Program-made: the position numbers and the translations under genes
Shown: positions 1-34,840 of the stretch, piece after piece
Layout: each line of letters opens with the position of its first letter
How positions within the stretch are numbered: position 1 is the first letter of the stretch
Notes under the pieces: generated by a model
What the model was told of the DNA's origin: nothing
The model's input: only the letters and a program-made list of their open reading frames with translations
Databases searched by the model: none
Assembly (NCBI GenBank): GCA_002269645.1
Contig: NIVC01003172.1
Coordinates: 1-64,000 of the forward strand
Origin: Macrostomum lignano
Lineage: Eukaryota
DNA length: 64,000 bases
Direction: 5' to 3'

Positions 1-189
1 AACTATGGCTGTCTTCTTACCTATACCTAAAGCCATTTTTATCTAGCTTTTATCTATAGCGACTACTTATTCATTCCATTAGTTTGAAGATTTAAGATGT
101 GCAATTAGAAAATAGTTGACATATTATACTATTTTAGTTGTGGAACCAAAAGTTCAGCTGCAGCTATTGCGTGGTGCATCTGAAGGCTG

Positions 190-392
190 TGTATGGCTGT
201 TCAGTCCAAGGACCTGGGGGGGGGGGTGGTGGTTCACCACACACCCTAAATTACCCCAGCTAATGCTGGCACCCATGTACAGCTGAGTTAAAGTGTCTGC
301 TCAAGGACACAAATTGTTCAGAATGCGGTCAAGAATCGAACCCCTGACCTTTCGGTTGGGAGTCTGACACTCAAACCATTAGGCTACAACCC
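190..392 (-). mobile_element. tRNA-derived SINE with conserved-type central domain
   Basis: The minus strand reads GGGTTGTAGCCTAATGG (A box) ... GGTTCGATTC (B box). It continues GTGTCCTTGAGCAGACACTTTAACTCAGCTGTACATGGGTGCCAGC, which resembles the GTGTCCTTGRGCAAGACACTT and ATGGGTACC motifs of V/Meta/Nin-type SINE cores. The 3' boundary is approximate. Confidence 0.7.
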
Positions 393-495
393 ATTCTTTA
401 AAAGATACGTATTAATGTGTCTATTGCCAAGTTTTCATAGATAATTCCTATTTTTTATTTTCAGTTCTTCACGAATTCTATTGTTAAAATAAAGA

Positions 496-1198
496 ATGTC
501 CGCCTCAGCCTCATCTGGCTTTTCAATGTCCTCGAGCTGGCGCAGCCTGGCAGACACGGTGCTGGCAGGTTGGCCCATAGACTACGACCTGCTGGAGCCG
601 ACGTGCCCGCAATCAGCGAGGCGGACATCGCCAAGCGAATGTGCGGCCTGCCATTCAAACCTGTTGACGATGTTACTCGGCCAACACCGGCCGAAACTGT
701 CCGAAATTTGAGCCGGCCGGACCAGAATCGGCCGGCTTATGCAATTGCCAGCCATTCCTAGCGCTGAATCGGCGCGCTCTATGAAGCGTCAGCGCCGCGC
801 GAGCGCCTGCGAACAGCCGGCAAGAATTGGTTCGGCTTACCGCGTCAGGAGACCGACGAGGCTCAAGCGCAGGCTTTAGAAGTGCTTCAGATGCGACGGG
901 CTCTGGACACGAAGACTTTCTATAAACGCAACGATCGGGACAAGCCCGCTCGCTACTATCAGGTTGGCACTTCGAAGATCGGCCGAGGATTATTACAGCT
1001 CCAGGACAACGCGCAAGCAGCGTCGGGCGGATGTTGTGGATGAACTTCTAGCTAGCGAAGACTTTATGAAGAAGCTCCGCGTGCGCTATAGAAAGATTCA
1101 TCAGGCTCGCATTGCGAGAGTCTGCGCGCAAGGCCAATAAGCTGAAACGGCTTACTAAGAAGCAGAAATCAAGGACTACTAAGGCTAAGGGCAATTGA
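496..1198 (+). pseudogene. FCF2: Fcf2-domain pre-rRNA processing protein (FCF2/DNTTIP2 homologue) broken by about 6 single-base frameshifts: pseudogene or consensus errors
   Basis: Stitched frames give TAGKNWFGLP...LEVLQMRRALDTKTFYKRND...RYYQVGT...EDYYSSRTTRKQRRADVVDELLASEDFMKKLRVRYRKI, the Fcf2 domain pattern. Shifts occur near 600, 727, 801, 972, 985 and 1110. A splice acceptor (TTTTCAG) ends at 464. Confidence 0.8.
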
Positions 1199-1272
1199 GC
1201 TTTTTAACGATATTACGAAAGTATGAGGGGCTTATGGATTCAATTCTGTCAGTTGTAACTCTTGGTTCTTCG

Positions 1273-1994
1273 ACCTTCAGTAGGCCGCCGCTATCCCCCA
1301 TGTAGTCCTTCAGTAGGCCACTGCTATCTCCCATGTGGTCCTTCAGTAGGCCGTCGCTATCCCCCATGTGGTCCGTGGTCTTCAGTAGGGCGCTGCTGTC
1401 CCCCATGTGGTCCTTCAGTAGGCCACCGCTATCCCCCATGTGGTCCTTCAGTAGGGCGCTGCTGTCCCCCATGTGGTCCTTCAGTAGGCCGCTGCTGTCC
1501 CCCATGTGGTCCTTCAGTAGGCGCTGCTGTCCCCCTTGTGGTCCTTCAGTAGGGCGCTGCTGTCCCCCATGTGGTCCTTCAGTAGGCCGCTGCTGTCCCC
1601 CATGTGGTCCTTCAGTAGGCCGCTGCTGTCCCCCATGTGGTCCTTCAGTAGGGCGCTGCTGTCCCCCATGTGGTCCTTCAGTAGGGCGCTGCTGTCCCCC
1701 ATGTGGTCCTTCAGTAGGCCGCTGCTGTCCCCCATGTGGTCCTTCAGTAGGCCACCGCTATCCCCCATGTGGTCCTTCAGTAGGCCGCCGCTACCCCCCA
1801 TGTGGTCCTTCAGTAGGCCACCGCTATCCCCCATGTGGTCCTTCAGTAGGCCGCCGCTACCCCCCATGTGGTCCTTCAGTAGGCCACCGCTATCCCCATG
1901 TGGTCCTTCAGTAGGCCACCGCTATCCCCCATGTGGTCCTTCAGTAGGCCACCGCTATCCCCCATGTGGTCCTTCAGTAGGGCGCTGCTGTCCC
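1273..1994. repeat. 33-bp minisatellite, about 22 copies
   Basis: Unit CCCCCATGTGGTCCTTCAGTAGGCCGCTGCTGT; source of the spurious repetitive ORFs. Confidence 0.95.
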
Positions 1995-2108
1995 TCATCG
2001 GCAGTGTAGCCCCTTGTTCATTTTTGGCTCAGCTGAAATACCCGCGTTCTCTCTCTACATGCATATATAGTACGCGGCCTTACTATTGGTTTGTAGATCT
2101 GGGCAAGC

Positions 2109-2160
2109 CGGTCACGTGACCGCCTTCAGCCAATAGCAGTAACGAAAATTTATATATAGA
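2109..2160 (+). promoter_or_regulatory. Candidate promoter: palindromic extended E-box, CCAAT and TATA-like element
   Basis: Perfect 14-bp palindrome CGGTCACGTGACCG (2109-2122), CCAAT at 2130-2134 and TATATATA at about 2151-2158, upstream of the CHD coding start. Confidence 0.4.
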
Positions 2161-4708
2161 AAGTGCCAGAGCACTAACATCTATAAGCCTTCTACTATTA
2201 CATTAATGTATTGAAGTGGTTAAAACATTGTGTACTTTTCTGCGCTAAAGTCCTCGTACTAGCTATTACTGTAAAGATCAATTTGTCCGCATCTTTCTGT
2301 CTTTTTTCTGAGCATTCAGTAAATCGAGTAGATTATAAATACTCTGAAATGGCATTTGCTCCTGCGATTGACTTGTCATTGCGTGTTTGTTTTGCGTTTC
2401 ATTTTTATTCCCTTATGTGCGCCTATACTTAGCTGATGTAGAGTCTATAGTTAGTTTTGCACTGTTTTATAGAAATAGTTGATAGTTTTTACTTTTCTTC
2501 TACAGTTACTGGCTTCGGACAGTTTGCTGTGATTTCGGGACTTCAAAATCCCCTGCCTTCTCTTCCCCTCCCCGCAGATGCAGCCCGCGCTCTTGACGAT
2601 CTATCTGACTTCCCTTTTTTTACTCAAAGCCAAGCCAATCTTCCCCTTTCCCTCCTCTTCCATGCTTCTATCTAATTGGAAACCTCCCAAAAATATCCCC
2701 ATCCCCTCTGTTCCTGTGTCACTCTCTCTCTATCTCTTTCCCGACCTTCGCTTGCTCCAGTCCCCCCCCCGATTGCCACCAAAATCTTCCCTCTTCCTCA
2801 CCTCCTCCCCGTCTCCCAAGGCCACGTCTGTCTGTCCGGCTCTCCTCACCGAGAGCATAGTTAAAGCCGAGCTTCAGCAGGCGACCGACCAACCTTCCCC
2901 GCCCTTCCACCCCATTCTTCAGCTTTCAGTCAAATAAAGCTATACCTATCCACTTCGCCTGTGTCTCACCCCCCCCCACCCCAGACACAGCAAGACCAAG
3001 ATAACCACCCACAAATTTCCTGATCGGGTTCGGTGCGGCCAGGGTGAGGAGTCTTCTAGCTCAGCTTCTGCTCCTCTATCTCTCTCCCGCCTTTCCTCCT
3101 CAGCTCTCTTTTTCTGTGGCTAACTCCGTCCCGAAACCGCCTAGCTGAGGCATTAGTTTTTCTTTCTTAGAAAGCACCGCCACGGCGCGCGCTTCCATAA
3201 TTCTGCTGGGGTGAGGGATATAGATGCAGGATGGGGACGGGAGGCTGCCCTAGCTTAGCCTGTTCAGTCTCATTTTTTACTTTGCTTTTAGTAGGTAAAG
3301 AGCTTTCTCTCTACGTTAGAGAGAAACGTATGCAACATTGGATTAAAGAGAGTTTATGTAATCATATTTAGGCAGAAATTCAAATCATAGTCGTAGCCGA
3401 TACGCTTAATTCCTCGCTTAAGAGTAAGGCATGGTAATTTTTTTCCGCGTTGATGATTTCTTTATCTATCTTCTCGACTTCTTAATCCAGATGGGTGGAT
3501 GGGACTGCGGCTATTCTCTCCCAACCCTGTCTCTTGTCTTTGAGGAAGGGGAAAACAGACTGCTAAGCCACACAGCTCCTCCTCTCCTCCGCCCACTGGC
3601 CAGCCGCATCACCAGATTCTCCTGAGCTGCTAATGCTGCGCGTCTCAACTCAAGTAGCAGGGGTAGCTGGCTTAGTTCTCTTTGGCGCACATGCGAGACG
3701 GGGGGGCCGCTGTGAATAAACGGGACTACGGGTCTTCCTCCCCAAGCCCTCCACCACACTGTTCGTCTCCCCACCCCACCCTCCTACTTTGCTCTCTTCC
3801 CTTCTCGCCTGATCTTCACAGAGTCTCCGCTACACACTCAAACTCCCTGAGCAATAATTCTGAAGCTCGCGTTTTCTCGTCCACGGCTAAAATATCCTCC
3901 TAAGTCTCCCTCTACACTATGCCTCATTGCCGCGTATTTCCCAGCCGAGGCCTTGGCCTTCCACCCTCTCCTTTTTTCTCCCATACAGCAATCTCGATCC
4001 AATACTACTGCCTCCTGCCCCACCCTTTCTCTCTCTCTTTCTCTTTAATGTCGAGTGAACTAGCAAAAAGAGAGGCCAGGCAGCCAGAAAGAGGAAAGGA
4101 AAACGCGATGCGTCACACACACAGCACTGCAGACACGCTTTGGGAGTTGAGGTGGGCCGGTTTCGAAGGATACACAGGGGGCTTTGGAAGCTTTGCCAAG
4201 AAAGCAAGCCCAGTCTGCCACCCACTAAGAATATGAACCGCTCTGTTTTATTGCTCAATAGTATGTAGAAACCTTGAGACAGTGGAATCAATGAGCAGCT
4301 TGAGCACATAGAGAAAGCTAACCTAATTAAATAACTTTCAAATTTTAACCTATTACCATTTATGCCAATATCCATTATCTATATAATTCTTTTCATGCCA
4401 ATTTTGTGTCGGCTGCCGATCAAGCATCGGCGCTCGAGCGCGATAAAGAAAATTACTTAAATAAGCCGCGATTAATCAGCCCAGCAAGGCAACCGCTTGA
4501 AAGCCTATCAAAGCTTGCCAAGGTGTTGATAATAGGAACAAAAGAATAACAAAGGTCACAATTTATCCACTCTCAACTTTGTATCGGTACACTTGTTCAA
4601 CTGATGCAGCCGATTAAATAGAGCGAGTAATTGGCAGGCCAGTTCGATTGCCCCCTGCACCTTAGGCGGGCAATCAAGGCATTATTGATAATCTGGTTAT
4701 CGCTAAAC

Positions 4709-27379
<22,671 letters not shown>

Positions 27380-28639
27380 TTTAATATTGAATGAAGCGTC
27401 TTCTAATATGCTACTGCCCAGCAGTTTATAGTAAGTAGTATATATAGCAAACATACCTACCATTTATACACTTAAAACTGTTTGCACTTCAGTTCTCGGC
27501 ACCTCTCTTCCGTGTATTCAAGCAGGTCTAGTATAAATAATAATAGGAAATTAATGCATCTGCTATGACCTTTTTTGTCCTCGCCCGTCTTACTTTTTAA
27601 TTGTATATAATTATATTTTTGTGAACTAATTGTGAGATAAAAGTGCGCAGCTGCTCTGTGTGTGTTTCGCTTCAATTTTATTTGGCACAAGCCGGGCAGA
27701 AAGTCCAGTTTTGGTTCAAGCAATTTCCCTATATATTCGCTTTTCACCCACCCGTTTGCGAGGCAATCTCCAGTTTTGTTATAATTTTATTATTGCATTT
27801 TGCTGTTGTCCGGTCTCCTCGATTTGTTTTAATAAATAATTTAATTATGATTCATTTTTTGTCCCAATTCAAATTGATGATGATAAGGATGATTTTTATC
27901 ATTGTGCTGCTTGGGTTTACAGCCGTCTATTTACTCATAGTGCTTAAGCTTATATTCTATTTTTAGTTTATTAAAAATATTACATTGGCAATTATTTTGT
28001 TGTGTTTAGGCATTTTTATTATTATTATTGCTCTATAACATATTAGTGCATAAGCTGCTTTATTCTATTAGTTTCTGTTCGCTTTCATGTATAATTAACT
28101 AATTGTAATCCGTTACTATTATTAATACTATGCATAGACTGGCACTTATTAACCCCCAACTAGCTGTAAGACAGTTATTTGTTGATTTAAATGGCATTTT
28201 TCTCATCCATTTGTTTGTTTGCTTGTATTAGTCTGGCAAGGCAAGCGCAATGTCGCTCGCACATACACACTGAGGAAAATGCAACTATAATATAATACCA
28301 ATGCTTTTTTATATCCCAATATTGTCCTGCATATTTGAATCCGCTTTTTAGTCCCTTAGATCTTCATCAACAGCATCACCAGTTGGCCATTCGATGTTTT
28401 CGTTTGCTATTGTGTTGTTCTGTTCACGTTACACTGTCTGCTACTGTTACACTCCCGCTGCGTGCCCCCCGCCCCCAGCTGTTGCACAAACTCGCAATTG
28501 TGTTTTAGTCAGCCTGTTCTCTTATCTCTCGAACAAATCATGCCTCGTCTTATTATAATAATTGTCACAGTTCAATCGGCCGAGAGTGCGGTCTTAAATT
28601 TTATGGCTTTTGCGCGTCGCGTGACTGTCTATTTGTGCA

Positions 28640-29062
28640 GTTTGGAAATGTACATTGAGATGTACAGCTAGAATTGTACATTGAGATTTACAGTTAAGAA
28701 ATGTACATTGTGATGTACAATCTGGAAATGTACATTGTGATGTACAATTTGGAAATGTACATTGTGATGTACAATTTAGAAATGTACATTGTGATGTACA
28801 ATTTGGAAATGTACATTGTGATGTACAATTTGGAAATGTACATTGTGATGTACAATTTAGAAATGTACATTGAGATGTACAATTTAGAAATGTACATTGA
28901 GATGTACAGCTGGAATTGTACATTGAGATGTACACAACTGGAATTGTACATTGAGATATGCAGCTGGAATTGTACATTAAGATTTACAGTTTGGAAATGT
29001 ACGTTGTGATGTACAATCTGGAAATGTACATTAAGATGTACAAATTGAAAATGTACATTGTG
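28640..29062. repeat. 27-bp minisatellite
   Basis: Unit AAATGTACATTGTGATGTACAATTTAG. Confidence 0.92.
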
Positions 29063-29398
29063 ACTTATTGCATAGTGCAGGCCGACTCTCGGTTGGTTTT
29101 TTGGAAACTATAGTTACAAATTTTATATTTCCTTTCTTGTCAACCATGCCACAGCAGTTGCGCAATCTCTCTCTCCATTTATTTGTGTCTCCCCTGTGCG
29201 TCTGTGCGCGTGTACAAAAAGTATATAAATTATTTGCAAAACGGGTTCTCTGTCAGTGAATGTGTAAGCAAACTTTATCCGATAAATAGCTTAATAAGCG
29301 AGTTGCAGACTTTGCTTATTTTGTCAGTTTATTTCTTCAGAGAAATTTTGTTTAATTTGAAAATAGTCAGTGGTTTGAGCCATCGTTGTGTCTCAATT

Positions 29399-29404
29399 AG
29401 AGAG

Positions 29405-29495
<91 letters not shown>
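29399..29495. repeat. (GA)n microsatellite
   Basis: Direct reading. Confidence 0.95.
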
Positions 29496-29498
<3 letters not shown>

Positions 29499-29650
29499 GC
29501 GAGGGTAGAAAACGAGGGTAAGAGAGGATAGATAGATGGGATGAGAACGTAGATTTCTGGAGAGCTGCTTTCTCTAGAATTCTATGGAATAGAAAAGGAA
29601 ACGAGAGAAACGGAGCTGTTCAGGTGCGGGCACAAAGCTCCTCGCGGTCA

Positions 29651-30571
29651 CTATTTGATGAACATCTGCGTTGAGCTGACTGTGGAGCAGTCGTTTCGAT
29701 TCGAGATGACGCAGTCCGTTCCGTTGTAGATGAAGGACAGACAGGCGCTGTTCTGGGCGCACAGAACGGCGCACTCCAACAGGGCTTTCAATCCCGAAGT
29801 GGGCGTTTCCACCGCTGAGCAGCTGGCGCCAGTGATGGAAACCTTGTGAAACACCGTGTCTGGAATGTGCCGGGGGGGTCTGCTGGTCTCAATAGATTCT
29901 GTCTCTTGTGTTTCACTTGAATTGAAGGCTATGGAGTTTGATTACCGAAATAGGCAGATTGGTTAAAGAGATCGGCAGATTGGTTGCTAAGATCGGCAGA
30001 TTAGTTGCTAAGATCGGCAGATTGGTTGCTAATATCGGCAGATTGGTCATCGAGATTGGCAGATTAGGTATAGAGATCGGAAGATTGGTCATCGAGATTG
30101 GCAGATTGGTTGCTAAGATTGGCAGATTAGGTATAGAGATCGGCAGATTGGTCATCGAGATTGGCAGATTAGGTATAGAGATCGGCAGATTGGTCATCGA
30201 GATTGGCAGATTGGTTGCTAAGATTGGCAGATTAGGTATAGAGATCGGCAGATTGGTCATCGAGATTGGCAGATTAGGTATAGAGATCGGCAGATTGGTC
30301 ATCGAGATTGGCAGATTGGTTGCTAAGATTGGCAGATTATGTATAGAGATCGGCAGATTGGTTGCAATGAAAGTATGATGATCACATAACGATTTCGATG
30401 ATTTAGAATTTCCAAGTGCTATGCAAAATTCAGCAGATAAGGTACATGTTAAAAGTACAAAAGTGCATGAAAAGACTCGCTTGAACTGGCGGATTGAACT
30501 TTCAGTACGCAGAAGCTGGCGATGAAGTACAGGGCCAGCAAGACGGGTGTGATTGAGACAGGCCTCTCCAT
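29651..30571 (-). CDS. Small secreted PAN/Apple-domain protein, two exons
   Basis: Exon 1 starts at ATG 30571 and encodes a signal-peptide-like MERPVSITPVLLALYFIASFCVLKVQS; the donor is probably near 30459 (weak GTACTT). Exon 2 (about 29877-29651) encodes LLECAVLCAQNSACLSFIYNGTDCVIS, a PAN Cys pattern. The intron holds a 21-bp minisatellite. Confidence 0.6.
29944..30364. repeat. 21-bp minisatellite, about 20 copies
   Basis: Unit GAGATTGGCAGATTGGTCATC and variants. Confidence 0.92.
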
Positions 30572-33500
30572 ACCGCTTCGGTTGCTGTGCTTGTAAGCTT
30601 TGTGCTCTGCGAGGCAATTGCAATAATTCTGCTTCTGCAGCAATTTGTAGCGAGTATAGATATACTCAACAATCGCCTCGCCCCCGGCGTATTGATCGCT
30701 TGCAGTTTCACTTCGGGGGGAGGTGGTTGGGATGCCGTATCCATAACAACGAGAGAGCTGTTTTGCTGCTCATAATCCCCCTGCTTTTAAACTCCTCCCG
30801 CCTTTTCCATTAGAAGGCTTGGAATCACTTGGAACCAACCACCTCCTCCATCCCAGATGGCGCAATTGTTTCTGCTCAGCGCTCTGGCTTCAAGAAGCAG
30901 CCAAGCGATTAGCTGAGAGCATTGTTGTAAAAAACGACTTTGATTCAAGAGCTCTGCGCTTTTTTCTGAAAAAAAATTCCGCCAAAACAATGAAGCCTTG
31001 CTTAGGGATTTAACAATTAAAGCGTCGTGAGTGGTGCGTGAGCAATGGTAGATTGCCTAGTCGCGCACAGTGTCTATGGCCATTGTTTAACTCTGCAAAA
31101 CACTTACTCTAGCGCATTGTCGCTGAGACCGGCATGTCATTGTTTATCACTTTTATATTGTCATTTTTAACACTTTGAATCAGTTTGCGCGAGCCCGCGA
31201 AGGCTTACCGCCCTTAGTGCAAGAAGGGGGGCTGTCTGGGTGTTGACTGTCTTGTGGGGTGGTGGGTGCGTTGTACTCGCCGTGTTTGCCCTGATCAACG
31301 TTAGATAACAAAACAGCATGGCACCAATTCCACCTCATATATTGGAAAAGGGAGTACGACGTTTGCTTGCGGGAAGTTTGCTTGCCGAACTTTGCTTGCG
31401 GAATTTTGATGTCTGCTTCCTAGAAATTCCGAAATTCGCAATCACAATTGCAAGGTTTTAATTTACCGAATTATTTTCTTGTCTGCTTGCTTGTTTTGAG
31501 TGCTTGTGAAGTTGGTCAGTCAATTATTACTTACTACAGATGCTTTGCAAGTGGATTCTTATCAGCATCGATGTAAACTGACTTGACACTAAGCTTTCAA
31601 ACTAGGCTTATAGAGTTTCATTCTAAGTATGAAATGACTATTCGATGTGTGCATTGTTCGAAATTGTGTCCAATTTTTGTTGAAAATGTATTCCCAGTAA
31701 AAAACTAAATTATTCCATTTCCGCATTAGGGCTTTTCAAATCTGCCATATCCTCATACAAAATCATAACACTATAGGCGACTTCCACGAATCTTAGAAAA
31801 TGGAAATTGGAAATACAAGACCTCAAAAATAGGTCATTTAAGGTTCCGCAAGAAATTAGTGACCAGCCCCCACGAATGCAGAAGACAGCAAATTGGCCAA
31901 GCGAGAGCGAAAGCAAAGCGGAGCGCACAAAGCGAAGCGGCCTCCGACGAACTATTTACGAGCGTATATTGTTATAAAAGGAGACAAGTGCAAGGAGACA
32001 AGACAATTTAAAAGGAGATAAATTGGAAATTAAAATTAAATGTCAACGCGTAAGAAAAAAAATTATAGCAAATCATAACAGTGAGCGCACCGCTGAAACA
32101 GCGTGCTAAATAGCCAGCGGAGGCCGGGGAGGGGCTAAGTACAGCCCGCCCCACACAGATGCACAAAGGCAGGGGGTGGCTGATCACTAAAGCTGGTTTG
32201 CACAAGTTGCGAGCACCAATGCAAATCATTGCAACTGTGGCTGGCAAACCTCGGCAAGCAAATTTCATAGACCCAAAACTATATACTACAAATTTCATAG
32301 CCCATACATCATCCAGGAATGTATCAAGCTAAGGACTACTAGGAACACTTCGTTATAGTCTAGTCTAGTAGTCCTTGCAGAATGTATTTGCACTTAATGT
32401 AACCCTGCCTTCACCTAGTATAGGACCAATCAAGTAGCTACGTGTTAGGTATTGAAATTGTATTAATTCAGTAAAATTATAGGTCTGCTTTGATCAACAG
32501 TTTGGAGTTGCTTCGTGCACACAAACTTTTACAAATTAAATTTAACTAAATTAAACTAATTTGATAATATGAGCATCTAGATTACGTTTATCAGTCTGCG
32601 TTGAGGTTTTTGGTCTGCATCATGCGTCTTTGTTGATCGTGTCAAGCCATATATAATAGCTTGAATTCCGATACATGCATGCAAGGAGATAGTTAAACAC
32701 TGCATTTGCATAACTCGTGTAGGTTTCGAGCTATGTAGCTAATTTTTACTCGCTAACGCATCTCACATCGTACAGTTTAGAGTCTGGACGTTCTAAATTT
32801 GTAAGCTAGCATATGGACTTATAAGCCTTCAGATATAAAATTTTGGATAAATTGGTCGTACAGAATATAGCTATCTGAACGTTAATATTTTCTATAGTTA
32901 CTTTTAAATGTTTGCAGTCTACCAAATTTAATTACACTTTAATAATGCCAATACAGAAGTTGCAGAGCCTTTGTTATAACTCTAATGTTATTGTGATTTG
33001 AACAATTTTAAATTTGTGAGACATTTGTGAGACATACTAGCTAGATACACGAAGATACTAGACATGCGAGAAAGTAAATTTAGCTAGCCTTTAATTAAGA
33101 ATTTGATAAATAATATACACCCTTAAGAGGCTAAGCATAGCGCGCTGTCTACGTCTTGTCAAATGGGCTGTTTGCTAGACCTAGTGATGTCAAACTGAGT
33201 CTTCAATGGTCAACCGACAACCTGCCAGGCCCTAGACTTATAAACTATCAACATCACCTCCATCATATTAAATCACGTATCCCACTCTGCTTGGTCATGC
33301 CAATAGCTAACTGATTTACCTGTCCAGTGTCCTACAAATTAAGTTGACTCAAGTTATGCCTAAATTTAGGCCCCTTCTGGCTACCCTAATCTGTCAAGTA
33401 AAACGGGGTATGATATGATGGGCCTATCAATCAGTTACATCTGCCTAGGTGGTTAAACTATGCGAAATTTAATATAATCTTGTCGAGGTTTAATAAATAG

Positions 33501-34090
33501 GCCTTACTAGACCTTAGATAGGGCCAGGCCTACTAGATCTAAGCTAGATTATAAAAAAATAACTAGCCCCCCCTAGTTTACTAGCCTAGCATGCATACTA
33601 TATAGCAGTGCATAGGTTCAACTGATTTTGAATCAAATGTTACAAGCACTGATATTTGCATAATGATTTATGAAGTTTTAAGCCTGTAAGTACATTTTCT
33701 ATGCTTTATTTATTAAATTTATAGTAGGCCTTAACTGAAAGTAAGTGTTATGAATATGATTAATTATCAATAAATTATTAGGCCTGCTAATTACTAATAT
33801 ATTAGGCATAAATAAAAAATATATATATATAAGCTTATATTCAAGTTGTTCAAATAACATATATTTGAACAACTTTTGAACAACTTTGAACAACTATACC
33901 TTAGGCATAAGGTAAAATAAAATAGTAATGATAATTTTGTTGTAATGTCTAAAATATAATAAGTATTGAATTTCAACTAGTTTCATTTGAAAAAAAACAC
34001 CTTGACAGAGTTTTGGTTTCTCTAAAGTGATTAATATTGTAGTAGTGCTTCAATACAGTACAAATTTTGAACAATAAAGGTATGTTTTCT

Positions 34091-34840
34091 CCATACTCAG
34101 GAAGGTGGCCTACACGCGGGAATTTTCCCGCGTGCACAAGCCACGCTAAAATTTTGGCGTGCAAAATTGGCATGTAAATAGGGGTCTCAAGCCACGCCTA
34201 AATTTTCAGCGTACAAGTTTTTTACTTGGCGTGTAACCTTGGCGTGCAATTACAAACTGACAGTATATCAACAAGTCAGATATAGATGTATACACTATAT
34301 ATATACAATATATAAAGTTAAATGTGAACAATTGAATTTGAATGGTGATTAAACCAACTAGTTGAGGCTACAGCCTAGCCTACAGCCAGGCCTACACTCT
34401 ACAGCCTACATTAAAGTTAAAATATCCAATAACTTTTAAATGCTCTTATTTTGTGACTCTTGTAGACTTTTAGTTTATTTGTTTCTTAAAATGTGAAGAA
34501 AAAGTTTTTGATACTTACTATGTTCTTTGTAGGGAATTTCCTTTTTTATATAAACTTTGTTTAACATAAATAGAAAATTTATTTAAAAATAGTATCTAAT
34601 ACGGTTAATATTCAAATTTTTACAATTTACTGTAGGGTAAACAGACAGTGTAACCACTTTTGGCATATAGGATTTTGGTATACACAATTTTCGGCGTATA
34701 TGATTTTTGGTATTTAAGATTTTTGGCGTGCAACAAAAACGTCATGTTAAGGGTTTTAAAAAATTGGCGTACATTGGCTTGCACCAAGGATTTTTCTATA
34801 AATTGATTCCCGCGTGCACTTGCCACCTTCCTGACTATGG
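34091..34840. mobile_element. Non-autonomous DNA transposon (750 bp) with 8-bp TSD (hAT- or P-like)
   Basis: TIRs CCATACTCAGGAAGGTGGC.. and ..GCCACCTTCCTGACTATGG. Identical flanks TGTTTTCT at 34083-34090 and 34841-34848. Repeated TTGGCGT subterminal motifs. Confidence 0.88.

Noticed and set aside
330-392. tRNA gene
   Set aside because: A and B boxes are present but there is no complete cloverleaf or acceptor stem, and the sequence continues into a SINE core.
1185-2009. Repetitive ORFs in minisatellites (here and at 9.2, 18, 20.2, 25, 28.7, 30, 43.7, 47.6 and 50.7-52.6 kb)
   Set aside because: They are translations of tandem repeats that are open in several frames and lie in introns or intergenic gaps.
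4631-4708. Upstream extension of CHD exon 1 to a TTG start
   Set aside because: Non-ATG start; ATG 4709 precedes the protein-like sequence.
32220-32227. Octamer ATGCAAAT as a snRNA promoter
   Set aside because: No recognisable snRNA sequence downstream.
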